Positions 25,020-33,765 of a stretch of DNA of 64,000 bases are shown here, one piece after another. The translations under genes were made by a program, and so were the position numbers. The stretch comes from Candidatus Undinarchaeota archaeon (GTDB lineage Archaea; Undinarchaeota; Undinarchaeia; Undinarchaeales; JALTGF01). Within the stretch, counting starts at the first letter, position 1; each line of letters opens with the position of its first letter. Where the stretch lies: NCBI GenBank assembly GCA_964574035.1, contig CAZNLD010000003.1, positions 15,485-79,484 of the forward strand. The letters are read 5' to 3'. The notes below the pieces were generated by a model that was not told where the DNA came from, ran no database searches, and saw nothing but the letters and a program-made list of their open reading frames with translations.

Positions 25020-27383
25020 TCAAAAATATTTACTAAAAACTGTTTTAATTAACTTAAAAAGCTCCTTTTTAGAATATGCATAAATCCCAGCTATAACTGA
25101 TAAAGCCCCCACCGATGCTAAAATACTTTGAGTACGTGTTAGAGGTACTAATCCAGTTATAGACCTTTTTTCCTCTGCCGATCCATTATCAACAACTGCA
25201 GTATCTGATTCACTATCAAGATCTTCTTCAGCAAGAACTTCTTCCGCTTCTTGTTCATTTTCCCTTTCTTCAGTGTCATTATCACTAGAAGAGATGGTCA
25301 TAGTATAAGCCGTAGTGGTTGTTCTGGAAGGACTTCCGCCGCCTCCCACAGGAGGAGATGTTTCAGTAATTTTTTCTATGGTATAATTTGAAATCGCAAA
25401 CGCATAATTACTAGAACTATCAGATGCTTTGCAGTTCCAATTATACTTCCCATCGGATAAATTAACAGTAAAACTAGACCAATTTGAAAGTCCTGCAAAG
25501 GTTTTGGTTTCAACTAAAACCCAGGTTCCATTAAAATCTCCGTATAAACCAATAGTACTTAAATTATAATTATCAACTGCAGAACAATTGAAAACGACCG
25601 TTTCAAAAGTGGTAGTAGAACCGTTATCTGGAGAATGGAGAGTCACTGTTGGTGGAATTGTATCGGATGCTGTTTTTGTAGTATTATTTACAAAATTTGG
25701 ATTAACATTTCCAATAACATCTACTGTTCTTAAGCTGAGTTCGTAGGACATATTGTATTTTAGTCCGGTTGCATTATAGGAATTATTTGAAGTATTCGCA
25801 ATCCAGGAATTATTCAGCCATACTTCAGTATAATTAAAATCAGTATTGTTTGGATTAGTCCAATTCCAGTAAATCCAATGGAAGCCATTTGCAGTAGATT
25901 CAAGGCTTGAAACATTATCAGGGGGCGTTGTGTCAAGAATTACTGTCCTAAACTTAGTTTTATTTAGATTCTCAGCATCATCTTCTGCATAAACTTTAAA
26001 AGAATAAATCCCGTCCAGGAGGCCAGTCTTGTTTTCCCAAAACAGATTACCAGTAGAATTATTAAATGTTTCATTTGTTCCATTAAATTCTAAAATTACT
26101 GATTTGAGAAACAAATTATCAGAAGCAGTTACATTGATTAGTATCCATTTCTTTATGTAAGAGCCGTTTGAATCAGTATTTGAACTGTAACTTATTGCCG
26201 GAGAACTCACATCCTTATTATTTGTCAAAGGCAAATAATCTCCTCCTTTTTTAATCCCTCCACTTGAATTATAGGGAAGCAAAGTATTCCCTAAACCATC
26301 TCCTGTGTTGTCATAACCAGAATAATTATCCCAGTAATTTCCGCCTAAGAGGTCACCTCCAATTATATTGGTGGAAGGACTGATGTTTTTTCGGGAAATA
26401 TTCCAATAATTAAAGGAATCATCAAATGCATTCATACGCCCGCTTCCAGAATTATTGAAATAATTATTATAGATAAAATTACCAACTGATTTGTTTTTTA
26501 TGCGAATGCCGTCCTTAGTATTTGAACAAATGAAATTATTGGTTATATTATTATCATCTGAATGTAACTTAAGCAGGATACCTAACACATTTGAATTTAT
26601 TTTATTGTTTTTTATTGTATTGTTCGAACTCTTGAGAAGACGGATGCTATGTCCATTTGATTTAAAAGTATTATTCACCAAGGAATTATTCGAACTAAAC
26701 TTAATTTGAAGCCCCTTATCATTTGAAAAAATACTATTATTAAATAACAAATTATTACTTGAATTTGGCCAAAATTGTATACCGATAGGACATGAATGAA
26801 TTGTGTTATTTTTAAGCGTGTTATTGGGACTTAAATAAAAATCGATACCATGGAGTATCTGTGACTGGACAATATTATCAATTACAAGAGTTTCTGAACA
26901 AGATTGGAGCGAAAGCCCATATATATAGCCTGATTTAATCGTGTTGTTAATTAGGGTATTGTTTTGACTAAGTTTAAAATTAATCCCTGAGCCTGAAGAA
27001 AAAAAACTTGTATTCAAGGTGTTATTCAATAATGAAATATTTGAAGAATCGTTAAAATACATACCATACTTATATGTTGAAATTTTACAACCAGATATAG
27101 TCACATTTGTCTTGTTGTCTGCAAAAATACCAATCCCTTTTGACCCACTATTTCCAGTTATAGTTGAACCATTGCAGTTTAAAATCAGATTAGAAGAATT
27201 CACGAGTATAGCCCCGTTTGATTCCGAATCATCCATATTATAAGTGCCACTGCAAAGAACCGTTGAATTATTTACAACATATTCATCCAAACCAGTCAAA
27301 TCAACACAACTTGCAAATGTACTTCCAGAAAATACGATTATAAATAACAATACAAATCCAACTAACTTAATTTTGTTGTTCAT
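25020..27383 (-). CDS. secreted right-handed beta-helix (NosD/PbH1-repeat) protein with Ig/FN3-like modules and C-terminal TM anchor
   Basis: 787 aa. Signal peptide; about 12 N-rich repeats of the type NNTIxxNxxGIxLxxSSNN; N-glycosylation sequons throughout; GGGGS; acidic spacer; TM SILASVGALSVIAGIYAY plus a basic tail. Confidence 0.8.
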   Translation of the reverse strand: MNNKIKLVGFVLLFIIVFSGSTFASCVDLTGLDEYVVNNSTVLCSGTYNMDDSESNGAILVNSSNLILNCNGSTITGNSGSKGIGIFADNKTNVTISGCKISTYKYGMYFNDSSNISLLNNTLNTSFFSSGSGINFKLSQNNTLINNTIKSGYIYGLSLQSCSETLVIDNIVQSQILHGIDFYLSPNNTLKNNTIHSCPIGIQFWPNSSNNLLFNNSIFSNDKGLQIKFSSNNSLVNNTFKSNGHSIRLLKSSNNTIKNNKINSNVLGILLKLHSDDNNITNNFICSNTKDGIRIKNKSVGNFIYNNYFNNSGSGRMNAFDDSFNYWNISRKNISPSTNIIGGDLLGGNYWDNYSGYDNTGDGLGNTLLPYNSSGGIKKGGDYLPLTNNKDVSSPAISYSSNTDSNGSYIKKWILINVTASDNLFLKSVILEFNGTNETFNNSTGNLFWENKTGLLDGIYSFKVYAEDDAENLNKTKFRTVILDTTPPDNVSSLESTANGFHWIYWNWTNPNNTDFNYTEVWLNNSWIANTSNNSYNATGLKYNMSYELSLRTVDVIGNVNPNFVNNTTKTASDTIPPTVTLHSPDNGSTTTFETVVFNCSAVDNYNLSTIGLYGDFNGTWVLVETKTFAGLSNWSSFTVNLSDGKYNWNCKASDSSSNYAFAISNYTIEKITETSPPVGGGGSPSRTTTTAYTMTISSSDNDTEERENEQEAEEVLAEEDLDSESDTAVVDNGSAEEKRSITGLVPLTRTQSILASVGALSVIAGIYAYSKKELFKLIKTVFSKYF

Positions 27384-27439
27384 GCCACTCCCATATAGAG
27401 GATATATCTAACTGTATATATAAATTACTAAATAAGAAC

Positions 27440-27466
27440 TTACTTCACTGTAACTGATTTAGCCAG
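27440..27466 (-). pseudogene. displaced, diverged copy of the glmS 3' end (encodes ...LAKSVTVK*)
   Basis: The reverse strand reads CTG GCT AAA TCA GTT ACA GTG AAG TAA, versus TTA GCT AAG TCG GTT ACA GTT GAA TGA in the real gene end (27510-27536). Within LAKSVTV the differences are all synonymous. Confidence 0.6.
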
Positions 27467-27509
27467 ACAATATCTCTCCGCTTTGCTCCATTTGTTGCCT
27501 TGCAAAAAC

Positions 27510-29273
27510 TCATTCAACTGTAACCGACTTAGCTAAATTTCTCGGTTTATCCGGACTTAATCCTCTGATTACTGTAGTATAATAAGCCAATAATTGAAGA
27601 GGAATTATCTGAAGTAAAGGATAAAGAATCGGCTCGGTTTCAGGAACTTTAACTGAAATGTCAGAATGCTTGTCAATGTCTTTATCGTTTTCATTTGAAA
27701 CTGCTATAATAAATCCGCCTCTTGCCATTACTTCCTCAATATTTGAAATTGTTTTGTCGTAAGAATCCTGAGTTAAAGCGGCAACAACAGGAACTCCGTC
27801 TTCAATCAAACTTAAAGTCCCATGCTTCAGTTCGCCGGCGGGCATTCCTTCTGCATGTATGTATGAAATTTCTTTCAGCTTCAGGGCTCCTTCCAAAATC
27901 AACGGATGGGCCAGACCTCTGCCGATGAAATAAACACTCTTAGAATCTTTAATTCTGTCTGCAATGTCTTTTATCTGGTCTTCTGTCTCCTCGAGTGTTT
28001 TCCTCTGGAGCTCAGGAATTTTCTTCAAATTAACTTCTTTTCCTGCGATATAATGAGCCAGTAGATAGAGAACAATTAATTGAGAAACAAATGTTTTTGT
28101 TGCAATAACAGCAACCTCCGGACCCGCTTTTGTATGGCAGTAGAAGTCCGCCTTTCTTGTAATTGAACTTCCCAAACAATTAGTTATTCCAAGGACTTTT
28201 GCCCCGTTTTCTTTTGCAGAAGAAATCGCAGACAATACATCAGCTGTTTCCCCGCTTTGTGAAATAGCAATTACTAAAGTTTCACTGTCAATCAATCCGG
28301 CGAATTCATCTGAGAACTCTGATGCAAGAACGGCATGGGGCATTCTTTTTGAAACAGATTCAAATAAATGCTTTCCAATTAAAGCAGCATGATAAGAAGT
28401 CCCTGATGCAACAAATATAATTTTTTCAAATTTCTTTACTTTTTCAGCTGTTTTCTTAATTTCATTTGAAGTTGCCAGTGTCTTTTCAACTGCTTCAGGA
28501 ATTTTATTTATTTCCTTCAGAGCAAAATGATCGTATCCGGACTTTTCTGCAGATTCGGAATCCCAATTAACTTCGTGTATCGCTCTTTCAACATGTTTTC
28601 CTGATTCAATGTCTCTGATTTCAGCATATTCTTTTGTTATAACTGCATACTCTCCATTCTGCATTATCAGGGCTTTTTTAGTATGTTTAAGAAAAGCAGG
28701 CATATCTGAAGCAATGAAATTTTCTCCTTTCCCAAGTCCGATAATTAAAGGAGATTTGTTTCTTGAAGCAATTATTTTGTCGGGTTCATCTAAGTTTATA
28801 GCTGCAACTGCAAAAGAACCTTTTAATTTTTTGAATGCTTTTCTGGCAGCTTCTTCGAAATCGCCTGATTCGAATTCAATTAAATGAGCAATAACTTCCG
28901 TATCTGTTTCAGATTCAAAAGAGTAGCCCTTCTTTTCAAGTTTTTCTTTTAATTCAAGATAATTTTCAACAATCCCATTATGAACCACTGCAATTTTTCC
29001 GCTGTCAGACGTATGAGGATGAGCATTTTCCTGGCTAGGTTTTCCATGTGTCGCCCATCTTGTATGCCCTATCCCAATCTTTCCAGGCATCTGAGATAAA
29101 TTTAAACTTTCTTCGATTTCATCAATTTCTCCTACATCTTTTCTCACATTTAAAGAATCAGAAATTGTTGCAACTCCGGCTGAGTCATATCCTCTGTATT
29201 CAAGCCTTTTCATTGCCTCAACTAGAATAGGCGCAGCTTCTTTTTCTCCTACATATCCAGTTATTCCGCACAT
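27510..29273 (-). CDS. glmS: glutamine--fructose-6-phosphate aminotransferase (isomerising)
   Basis: 587 aa with N-terminal MCGITGY (Ntn Cys), SIS domains and the universal C-terminus LAKSVTVE. Confidence 0.97.
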   Translation of the reverse strand: MCGITGYVGEKEAAPILVEAMKRLEYRGYDSAGVATISDSLNVRKDVGEIDEIEESLNLSQMPGKIGIGHTRWATHGKPSQENAHPHTSDSGKIAVVHNGIVENYLELKEKLEKKGYSFESETDTEVIAHLIEFESGDFEEAARKAFKKLKGSFAVAAINLDEPDKIIASRNKSPLIIGLGKGENFIASDMPAFLKHTKKALIMQNGEYAVITKEYAEIRDIESGKHVERAIHEVNWDSESAEKSGYDHFALKEINKIPEAVEKTLATSNEIKKTAEKVKKFEKIIFVASGTSYHAALIGKHLFESVSKRMPHAVLASEFSDEFAGLIDSETLVIAISQSGETADVLSAISSAKENGAKVLGITNCLGSSITRKADFYCHTKAGPEVAVIATKTFVSQLIVLYLLAHYIAGKEVNLKKIPELQRKTLEETEDQIKDIADRIKDSKSVYFIGRGLAHPLILEGALKLKEISYIHAEGMPAGELKHGTLSLIEDGVPVVAALTQDSYDKTISNIEEVMARGGFIIAVSNENDKDIDKHSDISVKVPETEPILYPLLQIIPLQLLAYYTTVIRGLSPDKPRNLAKSVTVE

Positions 29274-29308
29274 ATTTTGATTTTATATTACTGTTTATTT
29301 AAGTATAG

Positions 29309-29381
29309 TGGGCCCGGTCGGAGTTGAACCGACGATCTTCTCCGTGTAAAGGAGACGTCATAGCCACTAGACCACGGGCCC
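29309..29381 (-). tRNA. tRNA-Val (anticodon UAC)
   Basis: Reverse strand: GGGCCCG-TG-GTC...GAC-G-TCTCC-TT TAC AC-GGAGA-AGATC-GTCGG-TTCAACT-CCGAC-CGGGCCC-A. Confidence 0.93.
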
Positions 29382-29425
29382 TTAATTTATGACTTACGAT
29401 GCAGATTATATAGATTTTCTTTCTT

Positions 29426-29492
29426 TCACAAAGAGTAGGTTTGTTCTGGTAGTGCGGGACAATTGTATTGTTGTCCAGCCTACTCTTTGTGT
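29426..29492 (-). repeat. conserved hairpin element downstream of tRNA-Ser, copy 2
   Basis: Reverse strand: ACACAAAGAGTAGGCTGGACAACAATACAATTGTCCCGCACTACCAGAACAAACCTACTCTTTGTGA. The first 42 nt differ from copy 1 (7050-7118) at one position, and the last 17 nt are identical. Confidence 0.8.
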
Positions 29493-29522
29493 TCCCAGAT
29501 TTTTCTTTCCTAAAGAAAAAGC

Positions 29523-29609
29523 TGGCGCCGAGGGCAGGATTTGAACCTGCATGGGCCGAAGCCCACCTGCTCTCAAGGCAGGCGCACTACCGGGTTATGC
29601 GACCTCGGC
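29523..29609 (-). tRNA. tRNA-Ser (anticodon UGA), class II, CCA encoded
   Basis: Reverse strand: GCCGAGG...CCTGC-CT TGA GA-GCAGG-TGGGCTTCGGCCCAT-GCAGG-TTCAAAT-CCTGC-CCTCGGC-G-CCA. Confidence 0.93.
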
Positions 29610-29658
29610 ATATATTGTACTCTACATTAATTATGTTTTTGGTACTTAAAAGTAGCGA

Positions 29659-30504
29659 TTACTCCCACGGCTTCTTAATCATGCCGTCGTCCATAAGTTT
29701 CCAGATGGCTGCCGCAACATGATGACATAGAACCAATTTGTTTCGATAGAAATTAACAATATAATCTTCGCACTGGCAGCTCCAGAGCCACTCTTCCGGC
29801 TCCTTTTCTAAATTAACTAAACCGACCATTCTGCTTCCCCTTATATTTCCAAAAGAAGGAATTTTTATTAAAAGTCTTGAAATTTCATCTTTCTTATCTG
29901 TATCCAATTTGCTGTAGTCAACATATCTGAGTTTTTCTCTGCTCAAAAGATAGTCTCTCCATCCTTTTGACAGACGCCTCCAGTCTATAAACAAATCAAA
30001 ACCCAGTCTTTTTGCTGAATTTCTGCCCCATGGCAAAATCATAGGAACGGGCTCATTTTCTCTGAAAGTGTATTTATTATATCTATTTACTAATCTCTGA
30101 AAATCTTTGGGCCAGACCCATTTCTGTTTAGCATACAAAATAAGAGACCTCGCTGAAAAGCAGAAAACAATCTGCCCTGCAAGGTCTTCAAACATTCTTT
30201 TGAAAACATACATAGACTGCTTTTCATAAATTAATTTTGGAACAGTTATGAAAAAATCAGATGAAATTTTAATTATACCTCTTTTTACTTTTTTCTTGAA
30301 TCCTTCTGTGTATTTTTTAGGAATTAACTGATAAAGTTTATTTAGCTTAGACAGAAGTTTCTCTTTTTTAGCCAACTTATAGTTTTCATCAAGAATTTCC
30401 TGCGCTTTATCCCAATCCGGCTTTTCCCTGGTTATTTTAAGAATATTAAGCTCTATTTTTCTTACAATTTTCTCCAGCTTTTCAAGATCCGGCTTCTTTG
30501 CCAT
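29659..30504 (-). CDS. hypothetical protein with C-terminal SWIM-type zinc finger
   Basis: 281 aa. The C-terminal WSCQCEDYIVNFYRNKLVLCHHVAAAIW fits CxCxnCxH. Confidence 0.65.
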   Translation of the reverse strand: MAKKPDLEKLEKIVRKIELNILKITREKPDWDKAQEILDENYKLAKKEKLLSKLNKLYQLIPKKYTEGFKKKVKRGIIKISSDFFITVPKLIYEKQSMYVFKRMFEDLAGQIVFCFSARSLILYAKQKWVWPKDFQRLVNRYNKYTFRENEPVPMILPWGRNSAKRLGFDLFIDWRRLSKGWRDYLLSREKLRYVDYSKLDTDKKDEISRLLIKIPSFGNIRGSRMVGLVNLEKEPEEWLWSCQCEDYIVNFYRNKLVLCHHVAAAIWKLMDDGMIKKPWE

Positions 30505-30535
30505 ACAAATAATTTATCAGAGAAGTTAATAATAT

Positions 30536-31018
30536 TTACTCAACTGAAACTTCAATCTCTTCAGTATTTTTAAGTTTTGTATTGTTCCAGTACATTTCAA
30601 GAGTCAACGTTCCGGTTGCAGTTTCAAAATCGCCCTTATCTCCAAAAACTTTGAACTGGATTATATCCTGGCTGTTTTTCCCTTTCAAAGGCTTGCTTTC
30701 AAAATACATGTCGGTTTTTCCGTCAACATCCACCGGAAAGATATATCCAGGAGCGCTGGACTTAACTCTCAGCTGAATTTGGGCAGAAAAGTCATTTTCA
30801 TCTTTTCTTGTTAAAGTTGCAGTTACAAAATCTTCCGTTGTTTCATCATCTTCTAAAATTATTGAAGTTGGTTCAACTGAAAGGTCTATAGTCGGCTTAT
30901 CCTCAGAAGTTGGAAGAACATCTTTTGGTGCTTTCTCCTCGCAGCCGCTTACAAAAACAACACTGACTAAAACAAATGCTAATGCCAGCAAAACTGCTGT
31001 CTTTTTCATATTTATCAA
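30536..31018 (-). CDS. secreted lipoprotein, function unknown
   Basis: 160 aa with a signal peptide and lipobox VFVSGC. Confidence 0.65.
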   Translation of the reverse strand: MINMKKTAVLLALAFVLVSVVFVSGCEEKAPKDVLPTSEDKPTIDLSVEPTSIILEDDETTEDFVTATLTRKDENDFSAQIQLRVKSSAPGYIFPVDVDGKTDMYFESKPLKGKNSQDIIQFKVFGDKGDFETATGTLTLEMYWNNTKLKNTEEIEVSVE

Positions 31019-31117
31019 TAAATAAGAGGGATTTAAATAACTTTCTAAAATAAATAATAAAGTATTAAAATTTATGAATATCCATTATCGATTATCTATT
31101 ATCTAATATCCATTATC

Positions 31118-31158
31118 TAACTAGTTACTTCAATTTCAATATTAACTTCTTCCGGGAC
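31118..31158 (-). repeat. 41-nt perfect duplicate of the rps10 3' end (stop codon plus last 12 codons)
   Basis: TAACTAGTTACTTCAATTTCAATATTAACTTCTTCCGGGAC is identical to 31240-31280 (offset 122 nt). The 81 nt between the copies contain two hairpins. Confidence 0.9.
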
Positions 31159-31238
31159 AGCTGATGTCAGCTGGCACCAGAGACTACATTATGTCGCATT
31201 AAATTGGTTAAGCAGCGACATAAATAGGCTTAGAAAAA

Positions 31239-31550
31239 TTAACTAGTTACTTCAATTTCAATATTAACTTCTTCCGGGACCTTAATTCTCATGATCTGCC
31301 TCATAACTCTTTCATTGGGATCCATATCAAGAAGTCTCTTATGAATTCTCATTTCCCATCTTTCCCATGTGGCTGTTCCGTCTCCGGAAACTGCTTTTCT
31401 TGTAGGTACCTTAAGAACTTTAGTCGGGAGAGGGATAGGACCGGCTAGGTCAATATTTCCAGAATCTGCAATTTCTTTTATCTGTTCGCAGACCTGATTG
31501 AGTTTTTCTACATCGTTGCTGCTTAGTTTTACTCTTGCTCTAGTTTCCAT
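31239..31550 (-). CDS. rps10: 30S ribosomal protein uS10
   Basis: 103 aa. RVKLSS...LPTK...TRKAVSGDGTATWERWEMRIHKRLLD is typical of archaeal S10. It lies downstream of tuf. Confidence 0.95.
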   Translation of the reverse strand: METRARVKLSSNDVEKLNQVCEQIKEIADSGNIDLAGPIPLPTKVLKVPTRKAVSGDGTATWERWEMRIHKRLLDMDPNERVMRQIMRIKVPEEVNIEIEVTS

Positions 31551-31615
31551 TTTTAAAGTAGATTAAGAGAAAGAGGTGTGCGTTAACCTCTTTCATCTTC
31601 GTTTTCGATTAGCGG

Positions 31616-32896
31616 TTATTTCTTTTTTGGAGTTACGTCAATAACCATTCCAGCGCCGACTGTTGAACCCATGTCTCTGATAGCGAACCTACCAAGAGGC
31701 GGGAAGTCTGAAGCTTTTTCAATGACCAAAGGTCTTGTAGGCTTCAGTTTGACAACTGCCGCGTCACCAGATTTAAGGAATTCAGGATTCTCTTCCTTGA
31801 CTTCTCCAGATTTTGGATCCATTTTCTTAACAAGCTCAATGAATGAGCATGCAACCTGTGCGGTGTGACAATGGACTACTGGAGTATATCCCTTAGTTAT
31901 TGCAGTTGGGTGCTCCAAAACCACTATCTGAGCAGTGAAATCTTCAACCACGGTTGGAGGGTCGTTTGCAGGTCCTGCAACATCTCCTCTCTTGACCTGG
32001 TCTTTGGAAATTCCCCTTACGTTGAAACCAACATTGTCGCCGGGTTCTGCTTTAGGAAGCTGTTCATGATGCATTTCTACATTCTTTACTTCTCCTGATG
32101 CACCAGAAGGCTCAAAAGCAAGCTTGTCGCCCGGTTTAAGAACTCCGGTTTCAACACGGCCGACAGGAACTGTTCCTACGCCTGTAATGGAGTAGACATC
32201 CTGTATTGGCAGTCTCAGTGGTTTGTCGACTGGTTTCTCTGGCGCCTTGAAATTGTCCATTAACTCGATAAGAGTTGGACCATCATACCAGTCAAAGTTC
32301 TCGCTTGCTTTCTTGGTGATGTTTTCACCAGTTACGAAAGCTGCAGCAGGAACGAACGGTATGTCATCAGTTTTAACGCCTAGAGGTTTCAAAAGGTCTA
32401 CAATGCTCTGCTTTATTTCTTCGAACCTTTCTTTTTTATAGTCGACTTCGTCCATCTTGTTGACTGAAACTATCATTTGATCGACACCAAGAGTTTTGAT
32501 TAACCAAGCATGCTCCTTTGTCTGGGGCTGGATGCCCTCTTTTGCAGAAACTACAAGAACTGCAGCGTCTGCCTGAGATGCTCCGGTAATCATGTTCTTA
32601 ACAAAGTCCCTGTGCCCCGGTGCATCAATTATGGTGAAGTAATACTTGTCTGTCTCGAATCTCTTGTGTGCAACGTCGATAGTTAACCCTCGCTCTCGTT
32701 CTTCTTTCATTCTGTCCATAACGAAAGCCAGACCGAAAGTTTCCTTGCCCAGGTTCTTTGCTTCTTCCTTGATTTTCTTCATTTCCTGGTCTGGGATATT
32801 TCCAGAATCGAACAAGATTCTTCCGACTGTGGTGGATTTTCCGTGATCCACGTGCCCTACGAAGACAACATTCATATGTGGTTTTGCTTCTGCCAT
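31616..32896 (-). CDS. tuf: translation elongation factor EF-1 alpha
   Basis: 426 aa with [17 protein letters not shown] and NKMD GTPase motifs. An SD GGAGGT lies 9 nt upstream. Confidence 0.98.
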   Translation of the reverse strand: MAEAKPHMNVVFVGHVDHGKSTTVGRILFDSGNIPDQEMKKIKEEAKNLGKETFGLAFVMDRMKEERERGLTIDVAHKRFETDKYYFTIIDAPGHRDFVKNMITGASQADAAVLVVSAKEGIQPQTKEHAWLIKTLGVDQMIVSVNKMDEVDYKKERFEEIKQSIVDLLKPLGVKTDDIPFVPAAAFVTGENITKKASENFDWYDGPTLIELMDNFKAPEKPVDKPLRLPIQDVYSITGVGTVPVGRVETGVLKPGDKLAFEPSGASGEVKNVEMHHEQLPKAEPGDNVGFNVRGISKDQVKRGDVAGPANDPPTVVEDFTAQIVVLEHPTAITKGYTPVVHCHTAQVACSFIELVKKMDPKSGEVKEENPEFLKSGDAAVVKLKPTRPLVIEKASDFPPLGRFAIRDMGSTVGAGMVIDVTPKKK

Positions 32897-33074
32897 GTTC
32901 TTTATACCTCCGTGTTATATTAACATCATAGCTTTAGCTGAGCAAATCTCCCAGCCTCCGCCTTTAAAGATGTGAAGTGCTTTTATTATATATAGAAGGG
33001 GTATATAAAAGCTTCTGCTGTACGGTTAATTAAATAAAAGTATTTTTATTTAAAGATAAAAATTTAGTGTGTTA

Positions 33075-33614
33075 TTACCTGACAGTTTTCAATAAGTCTG
33101 ACTTAGCGATTAATCCAAGAAGCTTGTCTTTCTCATAAACTAAAACAATTGGAGCATGCTTCAAAATTTCCCTTACTAATTTCAAAGGAGCATCTGGCGA
33201 AATAGTAGGAGGCGCCTCCGACATTATATTTTTCACTTTTTCTTTTCCCAAATTTTTTTCTCCGAGCCTTTCAACCAGAGTATTTTCAGAAATTAGACCG
33301 ACCAGATGTCCTTTTTCAAAAACAGGAAGCTGGGAAATGTTATGTTTTTTCATTAAAGAAACTGCTTTTTCAACTGTTTCAGAAGAACCTATAGTATGGA
33401 CTTTTTCAGAAAGTATATCTTTTGCCTGAACCGACTTCTTAGTTTCATAGTTTTCAAGGGCGTCAAAAATTTTCTTTGCCTTTTCATAAGTAGGACTCAT
33501 CTTTCCGGCCTCAATTTTGGCAATCGCGCTCTGAGAAACTCCGGAAAGTTTAGAAAGTTTGGACTGGGTTAAACCAAGCTTCATTCTCAATCTCTTTATA
33601 TCTTCAATTCTCAT
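33075..33614 (-). CDS. transcriptional regulator, XRE-type HTH fused to a CBS-domain pair
   Basis: 179 aa. N-terminal LGLTQSKLSKLSGVSQSAIAKIEAGK (HTH_3), then two CBS-like motifs (...HNISQLPVFEKGHLVGLIS..., ...HAPIVLVYEKDKLLGLIAKSDLL). Confidence 0.85.
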   Translation of the reverse strand: MRIEDIKRLRMKLGLTQSKLSKLSGVSQSAIAKIEAGKMSPTYEKAKKIFDALENYETKKSVQAKDILSEKVHTIGSSETVEKAVSLMKKHNISQLPVFEKGHLVGLISENTLVERLGEKNLGKEKVKNIMSEAPPTISPDAPLKLVREILKHAPIVLVYEKDKLLGLIAKSDLLKTVR

Positions 33615-33765
33615 TTCAAATTTTCTCCAAATTTATCTCTTTCAAATTTGTTAGCATCAATTTCAATGCCTGAGCATTGTATTCCTATCGGAATAATTTA
33701 GACAGAAAAGTATTTATATGTTTCTTTTAAAACTTTTAAAAACAATTAAAAGTTAGGAGGAAAAT

